Assembly (NCBI GenBank): GCA_021373175.1
Contig: JAJFTE010000004.1
Location: 19,588 to 43,587 of the forward strand
Reading direction: 5' to 3'
Length of the DNA stretch: 24,000 bases
DNA from: Actinomycetes bacterium
GTDB taxonomy: Bacteria; Actinomycetota; Coriobacteriia; Anaerosomatales; Anaerosomataceae
In this document: piece after piece, positions 1 to 7,248 of the stretch
How the letters are laid out: every line of letters begins with the position of its first letter
Numbering within the stretch: the first letter of the stretch is position 1
Made by a program: the position numbers and the translations under genes
Notes under the pieces: model-generated
What the model saw: the letters and a program-made list of their open reading frames with translations, nothing else
What the model was told of the DNA's origin: nothing
The model's database searches: none

Positions 1-1610
1 GGGAACTCAATGACTGGTGGTCCACCGGAAGGGGTCGCGACAACGGTCGGACAACGCAGCGTCCCGCTGTCCTGACGATCGGACCGGCAGGCGAGCGCAT
101 GACCCGGGTAGCGGCTCTCCTGCATGATGCCGGGAATGGCGCGGGTCAGGGCGGTTTTGGTGGAGTCTTCGGTTCGAAGAACCTCAAGGCGATAAGCGTC
201 ATCGGGACCGGTGGTGTGAAGGTGGCCGACCCCAGTGCCCTCATGGCTGCGCGCGAGTGGTCGAACAAGTACGCGATTGCCGGGAACTGGGACAACTACC
301 AGCCGGCTCCTTTTGGGATGGGTTTTCATTCCGCCCCCGGTTCCGCGGCAGCTGCGTACGCTCCGACGCCGCCCATCCCAATCGGCCCGATGGGCTGTAT
401 GGCGTGCCAGCATAATTGCCGAGTCCGCTTCGGAGGAGGTCAGACGAACGGGTCGAGCTGTCTGGACTTCCTCTTCTACATGTGGGACGCGAGGAAGCAT
501 GGTGGTAAGCCTACCCAGGTCTTGCAGGACGCCGTGGACCTCGTGCAACGTGCAGGGATCAACACCTTCGAGATGGAAGGCACCATCATCTGGCTAGCCA
601 ACCTCTATGGGATGGGCCTCATCGGCCGCGGCAAGAAGATCGAGAGCAGCCTTCCATTCGATCAGATCGGCGAGACGATCTTTGCCAAACAGCTCTTTGA
701 TGCGATCGTGGAGGGCAAGGATATCGGCAAGGACCTGGCACAGGGTTCCGCGCGTGCGGCCGAAGCATGGGGCCGCTACGACGAGGATACCGCGAGCGGC
801 GTCCTGCCGCTCCAGGCATGGGGATACCCACAGCATTACGACGCACGTACTGAGGTTGAATGGGGCTACGGCTCTCTGTTGGGCGAGCGGGACATCAACG
901 AGCATGATTTCAACATCTGGGTGTACTGGGTGCCCACCGTCGCCACTCTCTCCGGCGCGCAACCCCCGATGTCGGCCGAGGAGCTCTCAGAGCTCATGGC
1001 TAAGAAGCTTGTTCCGTACAGCGATCCCATGATGATGGACTACAGCGATGAGGGCATCTACTCTGAGTCGATGGCGAAGCTCGTTGCCTGGCACCGTCAC
1101 TACACACGCTTCTACAAGCAGTCGCTGGCTTACTGCGACTGGTCGTGGGCCGATTTCTACAATACCTATGGCCCCGACCATGTGGGTATGACCGGAGAAG
1201 GAGAGCAGAAGTTCTTCAATGCCGTGACCGGCAAGAACATCACCTTCGAGGAAGGGCTGGAGACGGGTCGGAAGATCTGGAACCTCGATCGAGCGATCTG
1301 GGTCCTTCAGGGGCGGCACAAGGACATGGAGTTTTTCACGGAGCAGAACTATCAGGTGGGCGCCGTGCCAGGGTTCACGACCTTCGAAGCTCCGTACGTA
1401 GTGCCGGTCCATGAGAACGGAACGTGGAGTTACAAGAACGTCGCCGGCCGCAAGCTCGACAAGGGCAAGGTCGAAGAGTGGAAGGTCAAGTACTACAAAC
1501 TCGAAGGCTGGGATCCTGAGAGCGGCTGTCCGACGCGGGAGACACTCGAGAAGCTGGGGCTTGCTAACGTGGCCGACGAGTTGGCGGCGGCCAAGAAGCT
1601 GCCGGCATGA
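1..1610 (+). CDS. Aldehyde:ferredoxin oxidoreductase (AOR) family tungsto/molybdopterin enzyme, 5'-truncated by the window edge
   Basis: The frame of ORF 99..1610 is open back to base 3. The upstream translation ..AVLTIGPAGERMTRVAALLHDAGNGAGQGGFGGVFGSKNLKAISV matches the AOR-family IGPAGE...GGxGxVxGSKNLKAI block. GCMACQHNC gives the C-x2-C-x3-C [4Fe-4S] ligands and LAYCDW a candidate fourth Cys. The C-terminal YYKLEGWDPESGCPTRETLEKLGL is typical of the AOR C-terminal domain. Confidence 0.85.
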   Translation, partial: ELNDWWSTGRGRDNGRTTQRPAVLTIGPAGERMTRVAALLHDAGNGAGQGGFGGVFGSKNLKAISVIGTGGVKVADPSALMAAREWSNKYAIAGNWDNYQPAPFGMGFHSAPGSAAAAYAPTPPIPIGPMGCMACQHNCRVRFGGGQTNGSSCLDFLFYMWDARKHGGKPTQVLQDAVDLVQRAGINTFEMEGTIIWLANLYGMGLIGRGKKIESSLPFDQIGETIFAKQLFDAIVEGKDIGKDLAQGSARAAEAWGRYDEDTASGVLPLQAWGYPQHYDARTEVEWGYGSLLGERDINEHDFNIWVYWVPTVATLSGAQPPMSAEELSELMAKKLVPYSDPMMMDYSDEGIYSESMAKLVAWHRHYTRFYKQSLAYCDWSWADFYNTYGPDHVGMTGEGEQKFFNAVTGKNITFEEGLETGRKIWNLDRAIWVLQGRHKDMEFFTEQNYQVGAVPGFTTFEAPYVVPVHENGTWSYKNVAGRKLDKGKVEEWKVKYYKLEGWDPESGCPTRETLEKLGLANVADELAAAKKLPA

Positions 1611-1624
1611 TGGGAGGTCTTGTA

Positions 1625-2071
1625 ATGGTGCACGATCTTCCTGCGCCTGAAGCGGAGCTCGCCGAACGGTTACTAGCGACCGTGCCCTTCGAGCAGCAGC
1701 TCATGGGGTCGCGGCTGAACCCGATGCGCGGCTCGGTGCGCGTCGACCTTCGGACGCTGAACGAGGCGGCGTCGTTCATGGAGACAGCTGCGTACGAGGA
1801 GATCATGGATCCCCGGGCGCAGGCGAACATCGGTTACGTCGATCCTCTGGGCCTCGCATTGTGGATTGAGACGGTCTTCGGTGACACGGGGCTCGCTGAC
1901 GCGGTGAGAGAGGTGGCCGCAGGCGCCGCTTCGTATGCGGCTGCCGTCGGTCCCGTGCGCGAACTCGTGCTGGGACGGCTCGAGCAGTGCGAGCAGGTGC
2001 TTGCCGCCGAAGGAGCGACGGACGAACGTGTGGCCTCTGACGCGCCACAGAGCGATGGAGAAGCAGGATAG
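1625..2071 (+). CDS. Hypothetical acidic Ala/Glu-rich cytoplasmic protein (148 aa); no family recognised
   Basis: ORF 1607..2071. The ATG at 1607 overlaps the AOR stop (ATGA). The in-frame ATG at 1625 is preceded by GGGAGG (1612-1617) at 7 nt spacing, so it is the preferred start. No TM segment, signal peptide or Cys motif. Same strand and tightly packed with its neighbours. Confidence 0.55.
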   Translation: MVHDLPAPEAELAERLLATVPFEQQLMGSRLNPMRGSVRVDLRTLNEAASFMETAAYEEIMDPRAQANIGYVDPLGLALWIETVFGDTGLADAVREVAAGAASYAAAVGPVRELVLGRLEQCEQVLAAEGATDERVASDAPQSDGEAG

Positions 2072-2104
2072 CGTGCGTTAGCCGGAGTTCGATCGTATAG
2101 CCGT

Positions 2105-2146
2105 GCCGGGCCATGAGACTGGCTGGTGGGACGCTCATGGCCCGGC
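2105..2146 (+). promoter_or_regulatory. Intercistronic stem-loop (13-bp perfect stem, 16-nt loop) between the unknown gene and the radical SAM gene
   Basis: gccgggccatgag (2105-2117) is the exact reverse complement of ctcatggcccggc (2134-2146). No U-tract follows. It lies in the 108-bp gap inside an otherwise overlapping operon. Confidence 0.5.
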
Positions 2147-2179
2147 CTCCGATAAAGTCCTCCCGAAAGGTGCAGTCTC

Positions 2180-3607
2180 TTGGACGTTGTGCTCTTCAAC
2201 GCACCGGTAACGAGCCGAAATCTGCACGCGCGGCTCTCACCTCCGTTGGGCCTGGCGTACATCGCGGGTGGTCTCGTTGAGGCTGGCTACCGGGTGAGCG
2301 CTTTGGACTTCAACGTGAGTGGCCTTGAGCTTCGCAGAGTCGATATGGTGATGGCGCACGATAAGCCAGCTGTCATCGGTATCTCGGCTATGACGGAGAC
2401 ATACGGCAACGCGTTGCGGATCGCGACACGAGCAAAAGAGCTGAACCCTGACACAGTGGTGGTACTGGGTGGCGCGCACCCAACGATCCTGCCCCGTGAG
2501 GTGATGGCGAGCGTGAACGTCGATTATGTCGTGGTGGGACCAGGTGAACGGTCCATGGTGGCACTCGTCAACGTGCTCCTGAGGTCGGAAGGCGACCTCG
2601 ACCAAGTGCCCGGGCTCGCTTATGCACGACGTGGTCAGGTGGTGATGAACCGTCCGGACGTGCTGCGTGCTCCGGAAGATATGCCCGAACCTCAGCGTGG
2701 CATCTTCCCAATCGAGTTGTACGAGGACAAATGGAACGTTCTGACGGCCACGGGGAGCTGCCCGTACCGATGCCCGTTCTGCTCCGCAGCGTCGCTGTGG
2801 CAAGGGCGGAGACGGATGCGCGATCCCGCGCATATCGTCGCTGAGATTCGTGATCTCACAGCCACCTATGGTGTGAGCGATGTGTTCTTCACCGATGACA
2901 TCTTCACGCTCAACCGTCGGTGGGTGCGTGAGTTGATGGACGAGCTTGGGACGCTGGAGCATCCGGTCCGGTGGGGCTGTGCGACGCGGGTGGACTCGGT
3001 GGACCGCGAACTGCTCACCTTGATGGCTGACAGCGGGTGTAGCGGTATCCAGTTCGGCGTGGAGTCAGGCTCCCAGGAGGTTCTCGACTCGGTGAAGGGT
3101 ATCGAGAAGGAACAGGTCATCGATGCGGTGACCATCAGTCTCGAACTGGGGATAGAACCGGTTTGCTCGTTCATCATGCCCTTCCCCGAAGACACCGAGC
3201 AGACGCTGCGCGAGACAAAGCTGTTCATCAAGGAGTTGCATTCGCTCGGATCAGGCATCTTCTTGTCCTACATGTGTCCGTTTCCCGGCACGCTGTACTA
3301 CGAACAGGCCGAGGAATTGGGCGTGCATATCTTGGGCCGAAGCTGGGATGAGTTCGATGCCAAGCACGTGGTCATGGAAACGAGGCATCTGGGCGCCAAA
3401 CGCATAACGGAGATCATGGAGGACATCGCGTCAGAGGTTGGAATGCGCCGGTCAGTACCGCTCCATCACGTTGCTGCCGAGGATGCCACAGACCGATCCC
3501 TGTGTGTGCGCACGATGGTGCGTCAAGACGCAGAAAGGGCTGAACTGGCGGCTGCGCCGATCGAGTTGATCTCTTCCAGCCGGGTTCGACAGGCACCAGA
3601 GCTATGA
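2180..3607 (+). CDS. Cobalamin (B12)-binding-domain radical SAM enzyme (class B type), substrate unknown
   Basis: The N-terminus MDVVLFNAP...PPLGLAYIAGGL...VVVLGGAHPT matches the B12-binding Rossmann-like domain layout. GSCPYRCPFCSA is the CX3CX2C radical SAM cluster motif, and GIQFGVESGS is a typical radical SAM core strand. TTG start at 2180 with AAGGTG 6 nt upstream. Confidence 0.85.
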   Translation: MDVVLFNAPVTSRNLHARLSPPLGLAYIAGGLVEAGYRVSALDFNVSGLELRRVDMVMAHDKPAVIGISAMTETYGNALRIATRAKELNPDTVVVLGGAHPTILPREVMASVNVDYVVVGPGERSMVALVNVLLRSEGDLDQVPGLAYARRGQVVMNRPDVLRAPEDMPEPQRGIFPIELYEDKWNVLTATGSCPYRCPFCSAASLWQGRRRMRDPAHIVAEIRDLTATYGVSDVFFTDDIFTLNRRWVRELMDELGTLEHPVRWGCATRVDSVDRELLTLMADSGCSGIQFGVESGSQEVLDSVKGIEKEQVIDAVTISLELGIEPVCSFIMPFPEDTEQTLRETKLFIKELHSLGSGIFLSYMCPFPGTLYYEQAEELGVHILGRSWDEFDAKHVVMETRHLGAKRITEIMEDIASEVGMRRSVPLHHVAAEDATDRSLCVRTMVRQDAERAELAAAPIELISSSRVRQAPEL

Positions 3608-4170
3608 AGAAGACAACGAGGGACTTTGAAGGGAGCGGAAGACCGATGAGAAGCCTGCTTCGTGCGCTGCTCGTTGCGTCGATTGCTGTGTTGATTCTCG
3701 GAGTGCTGTTGTTGGGCGCGGGATGTACCCCAAAGGAGGAACCCACGAGTACCCCGATCACGACGCCCCCCGCAACGGAATCCACGCAGACCGAGTCCGC
3801 CGAGCCAAGTACCCCTCCAGAGGTCGTCCTGGAGGGCGCTTGCACCCAATGTCATTCGACGACACAGATCTTCCTTCAGCCCACATACACGGACTGGAAG
3901 TCCGTCATCCTGAGGATGGAACAGGCGCACGGCGCGAAGCTGACTGACGCGCAGAAGACCGCTGTTGCCCAGTTCCTATCGACACGGCAAAGGCCGCTTG
4001 GCGAGCAGGTCATCGCAGGGAAGTGCACCGCGTGTCACACCTTGAGCCGCATCTATGCCAAGCCGAGCGGCACCGACTGGAAGCCGATAATCAAACGGAT
4101 GAAGGAGGCGCACGGTCTGGCGCTGACGCCACAAGAAGAAGCAGCGGTTCTCGATTACCTGGTCTGGTGA
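3604..4170 (+). CDS. Membrane-anchored (lipoprotein) dihaem c-type cytochrome with two tandem haem-binding modules
   Basis: Signal peptide MRSLLRALLVASIAVLILGVLLLGAG-C with a lipobox-like LGAGC. A Pro/Thr/Ser/Glu-rich linker follows. Two CxxCH motifs (CTQCH, CTACH) each sit in a repeated ~55-aa module: CxxCH..(8-10 aa)..TDWK..I(L/K)RM..AHG..LT....A..(F/Y)L. The start is either ATG 3604 (ATGA overlap with the radical SAM stop) or ATG 3646 (GAAGGGAG 10 nt upstream). Confidence 0.75.
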   Translation: MKKTTRDFEGSGRPMRSLLRALLVASIAVLILGVLLLGAGCTPKEEPTSTPITTPPATESTQTESAEPSTPPEVVLEGACTQCHSTTQIFLQPTYTDWKSVILRMEQAHGAKLTDAQKTAVAQFLSTRQRPLGEQVIAGKCTACHTLSRIYAKPSGTDWKPIIKRMKEAHGLALTPQEEAAVLDYLVW

Positions 4171-4208
4171 GCGACAGCCTTCGAGTCTTAGCCTCTAGCA
4201 GCGAGTTC

Positions 4209-4257
4209 CGAATACCGGCAGGCGTTCGACGATTTGTCGAACGCCTGCCGGTATTCG
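4209..4257 (+). terminator. Long perfect hairpin (22-bp stem, 5-nt loop) closing the AOR-rSAM-cytochrome operon
   Basis: cgaataccggcaggcgttcgac (4209-4230), loop gattt, gtcgaacgcctgccggtattcg (4236-4257); the arms are exact reverse complements. It begins 39 nt after the cytochrome stop. No U-tract. Confidence 0.6.
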
Positions 4258-4297
4258 CGTCGTGCGCCGGCGGCTCAAACTCACGCCACGAAGAGTC

Positions 4298-4341
4298 TTG
4301 ACAGAGCATCGTGGGTAATATGATACTGCTGCAATAGCAGT
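4298..4341 (+). promoter_or_regulatory. Candidate promoter plus palindromic operator upstream of the Rrf2-cydAB genes
   Basis: Consensus -35 TTGACA at 4298-4303. It is followed by the only AT-rich island nearby (gggtaatatgatact). -10 candidates are TATGAT at 4319-4324 and GATACT at 4322-4327, and the spacing is ambiguous. Inverted repeat actgct-gcaat-agcagt at 4325-4341, immediately before the RBS. Confidence 0.4.
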
Positions 4342-4361
4342 TAATGAGGAGAGCGGTCCCT

Positions 4362-4760
4362 GTGCAGATAACGCGACGTGCCGACTACGCTATCCGTCTC
4401 CTGCTTGAACTTGCCGGAACAACCGAGCGTCCCCTGTCGGTGCGCACCCTCTCGGAGCGCCAGGGTGTCCCGTATGCGTTCGCCCGCGCTGTGCAGCGCG
4501 ATCTGAGTGCCGCGAACCTCATCATGACCGTGCGCGGCGCGGCCGGTGGCGCGATTCTCGCCCGACCTCCGGAAGCGATCACCATGCTCGACGTCATCGA
4601 GGCGACGCAAGGCGCCCCCTCGATATCGGTATGTTCGCACGACCCCGATTGGTGCGCGCGGTCGGGTGAGTGCGCGGTCCATCGTGTCTGGTGCGGTGCC
4701 GATAGCATGCTCAGGGAGTACCTGGGCGGCAAGACCCTGGCGGGTCTCATACGAGGGTGA
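4362..4760 (+). CDS. Rrf2 family transcriptional regulator with a three-Cys putative Fe-S cluster site
   Basis: (V)QITRRADYAIRLLLELA...LSVRTLSERQGVPYAFARAVQRDLSAANLI..RGAAGGA is the Rrf2 winged-helix N-terminus. VCSHDPDWCARSGECAVHRVW gives C-x7-C-x5-C. ORF 4344..4760; the GTG at 4362 sits 8 nt after AGGAGAG, so it is the preferred start. Confidence 0.85.
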   Translation: MQITRRADYAIRLLLELAGTTERPLSVRTLSERQGVPYAFARAVQRDLSAANLIMTVRGAAGGAILARPPEAITMLDVIEATQGAPSISVCSHDPDWCARSGECAVHRVWCGADSMLREYLGGKTLAGLIRG

Positions 4761-4778
4761 GGAAAGCGAGGTGGGGGA

Positions 4779-6110
4779 ATGGACGTAGTCGTGCTCTCCA
4801 AACTGCAGTTCGCAGTGACGGTCGGCTACCATTTTCTGTTCGTGCCGCTGTCGATCGGGCTGGGGCTTGTGCTCGTGCTGGCCGAACGCCGGTTCTACAA
4901 GAGCGGGCTTGAGGAGGACCGCTCGGCTGCCGACTTCTGGGTGAAGCTCTTCACGGCGACGTTCGCGGTAGGCGTTGCGACCGGTATCACTATGGAGTTC
5001 GCGTTCGGCACGAACTGGGCGACGTACTCGCGCTTTGTTGGCGATATCTTCGGTGCGCCGCTTGCTGCCGAGGGACTCTTCGCGTTCTTCCTGGAGTCGA
5101 CGTTCCTGGCGGTGCTGATCTTCGGACGCCGCCGAGTCTCGAAGAGGTTCTTCTACACGAGCGCTTGGCTTGTGTGGGCGGGATCGCTTCTCTCGGCGCT
5201 GTGGATCATCATCGCCAACTCCTGGATGCAGACTCCCGCAGGCTACAAGATCGTCGGCGAGGGCGCCACGCGCAAGGCGCAACTCGTTGACTTCTTCGCC
5301 GCGGCGTTCAACCCCTCAACGCTTCCCCGGTACTTTCATACCGTCGATTCCACGCTCATCGTGGGCGGCTTTCTGGCGATGGCGATCGCGGCGTACTATC
5401 TGCGCCGTGGCACGCACGTGCGCTTCGCCCGCGCCACGATGAAGACGGGGATAGCGATTGCCGCGATCACCACGGTGCTGATCCTTCCCATCGGGCACTG
5501 GCAGGCACTTAACGTGCTTGCGCATCAGCCGAGCAAGATCGCCGCGTTCGAAGGCCACTGGGACAACGGCCCGATGTCCCTCGGGCTCATCGGTTATGTC
5601 GACCAGGCCAATGGCAAGACGGTCTCCCTGGCGATCCCCCGGGGCGTGAACATGCTCGCCGGTGACTTCGCCGGAAAGCGGTCGTTTACCGGGCTGAACA
5701 GCTTCGCGCCTGCGGACCGGCCGCCGCTGCAGCTCACCTATCAGACCTACCATCTGATGATCGCGCTGTGGGGGGTGATGCTCGTTCTCGCCGGGGTCTC
5801 GTGGTACCTGAACCGCTCGGGAAAGCTGGAGCACAACAGGCGGCTTCTCGGTCTGCTGATGTGGGCGCCACTCGTTCCGATGCTTTCGATTCAACTGGGA
5901 TGGGCGGCCGCCGAGGTCGGTCGTCAGCCGTGGATCGTCTGGAACGAGCTGAGGACCGTCGATGCTGTCTCGAAAGCGGTGCCCGCAGGCGAGGTCCTGA
6001 CGACGCTCGTTTTGTTCGTCTTGTTCTACACCATCATGTATGTCGCGTGGGGCCGGGTCGTTACCAAGATGATCAAGAACGGTCCCGCTCTTCCCGAGGA
6101 GGTGAGGTAG
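4779..6110 (+). CDS. cydA: Cytochrome bd-type quinol oxidase subunit I (short Q-loop form, 443 aa)
   Basis: LSKLQFAVTVGYHFLFVPLSIGLG (haem-ligand His region), ...GWAAAEVGRQPWIV signature, multiple TM helices. RBS GAGGTGGGGG lies just upstream. Confidence 0.95.
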   Translation: MDVVVLSKLQFAVTVGYHFLFVPLSIGLGLVLVLAERRFYKSGLEEDRSAADFWVKLFTATFAVGVATGITMEFAFGTNWATYSRFVGDIFGAPLAAEGLFAFFLESTFLAVLIFGRRRVSKRFFYTSAWLVWAGSLLSALWIIIANSWMQTPAGYKIVGEGATRKAQLVDFFAAAFNPSTLPRYFHTVDSTLIVGGFLAMAIAAYYLRRGTHVRFARATMKTGIAIAAITTVLILPIGHWQALNVLAHQPSKIAAFEGHWDNGPMSLGLIGYVDQANGKTVSLAIPRGVNMLAGDFAGKRSFTGLNSFAPADRPPLQLTYQTYHLMIALWGVMLVLAGVSWYLNRSGKLEHNRRLLGLLMWAPLVPMLSIQLGWAAAEVGRQPWIVWNELRTVDAVSKAVPAGEVLTTLVLFVLFYTIMYVAWGRVVTKMIKNGPALPEEVR

Positions 6111-7151
6111 ATGGGACTCGGTGAGATCTGGTTCGTGCTCCTGGGCGTGCTGTTCGCCGGATACGCCATTTTCGACGGCTTCGACCTGGGCGTCGGCATC
6201 CTCTACCCGTTCCTGGGCAAATCCGAGGGCGATAAGGCGACGATGCGGTTTTCGGTCGGCCCCATCTGGGATGGCAATGAGGTGTGGCTTCTAACTGCGG
6301 GCGGAGCGCTCTTCGCGGCGTTCCCAGCGGTATACGCTACCGTCTTCAGCGGCATGTACATCGCGCTTATGCTCCTGCTCTTCGCGCTGTTGTTCCGCGC
6401 GGGCGCGCTCGAATTCCGTAACCGTGATCCACAGTGGGCCGGGTTCTGGGACTGGGCGTTCTTCCTGGGGAGCGCCATTCCGGCGCTGTTGTTCGGCGTT
6501 GCCGTGGGCAACATCATCCGCGGCCTTCCCCTTACCGACGCGGGTGAGTTCATCGCCGGCGGCGGCCAGCCGGTCTTCCTCGGCAATCTGCTTGCCGCGC
6601 TCAACCCGTATGCGATCGTCATCGGAGTCTTGAGCGTGGCGTGGATCATGGTTCACGGCTCGGCCTGGCTTGCGCTGAAGACAACCGGCGAAGTGCACGA
6701 GCGCGCCGCAAAGGCGCGCGGCGCGCTGCTCGTCGTGTTTGTGGCGGTGCTTGTGGCGGCCACCGTGGCTACGATATTCCTTGCACCAGACGCATGGGCT
6801 CGGGCAACGGACAGTCCGCTGGGATGGTTGTTCGGCGTGCTCATCTTCGTTGGCGCGGGGCTGGTCCTGCTCGGGACGCGCAAGGGCGATGTGATGAGCT
6901 TTCTCGGCTCGACGCTTGCTGGCGCATCGATGGTGGCTACGTGGGCCGCGGCGATCTTCCCGGCGCTCGTGCCATCCATTGGGCCGGGCCAGGCGCTCAC
7001 GATCGCCAACGCCGCGGCATCGCCGGTCGCCCTTACGGCCATGCTGGTGATCGCGTGCATCGGTGTGCCGCTCGTGGTCTTCTACTTCTTCTTGATCTAC
7101 CGAACCTACGCCGGCCGCATCAGCGCAACGGATCTAGGGGAGCACTACTAG
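6111..7151 (+). CDS. cydB: Cytochrome bd-type quinol oxidase subunit II
   Basis: IWFVLLGVLFAGYAIFDGFDLGVGIL..GPIWDGNEVWLLTAGGALFAAFP are typical CydB N-terminal motifs. The ATG directly abuts the cydA stop (TAG ATG), with GAGGAGGTGAGG upstream. Confidence 0.93.
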   Translation: MGLGEIWFVLLGVLFAGYAIFDGFDLGVGILYPFLGKSEGDKATMRFSVGPIWDGNEVWLLTAGGALFAAFPAVYATVFSGMYIALMLLLFALLFRAGALEFRNRDPQWAGFWDWAFFLGSAIPALLFGVAVGNIIRGLPLTDAGEFIAGGGQPVFLGNLLAALNPYAIVIGVLSVAWIMVHGSAWLALKTTGEVHERAAKARGALLVVFVAVLVAATVATIFLAPDAWARATDSPLGWLFGVLIFVGAGLVLLGTRKGDVMSFLGSTLAGASMVATWAAAIFPALVPSIGPGQALTIANAAASPVALTAMLVIACIGVPLVVFYFFLIYRTYAGRISATDLGEHY

Positions 7152-7176
7152 CGGATTCGGAGTCCGAGGGAACGAT

Positions 7177-7209
7177 GAGGGGTCGCCTGCGGGCGGCCCC
7201 TCCTTTTTC
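7177..7209 (+). terminator. Intrinsic terminator after cydB; it may also serve convergent rpiA
   Basis: 11-bp stem gaggggtcgcc (7177-7187) / ggcggcccctc (7192-7202) with one G-U wobble, loop tgcg. It is followed by cTTTTTc (7203-7209). Confidence 0.75.
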
Positions 7210-7248
7210 AAGCATCCGCTGCGCTGAGCGCGCCGACGCTCGCCCCTG

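Noticed and set aside
4341-5282. 313-aa minus-strand ORF overlapping the Rrf2 and cydA genes. The same applies to shadow ORFs 9159..10004(+), 7766..8560(+), 11401..12231(-) and 12547..13461(-)
   Set aside because: All lie opposite or out of frame to genes with strong family signatures. All show Arg/Pro/His-rich composition without TM or motif structure.
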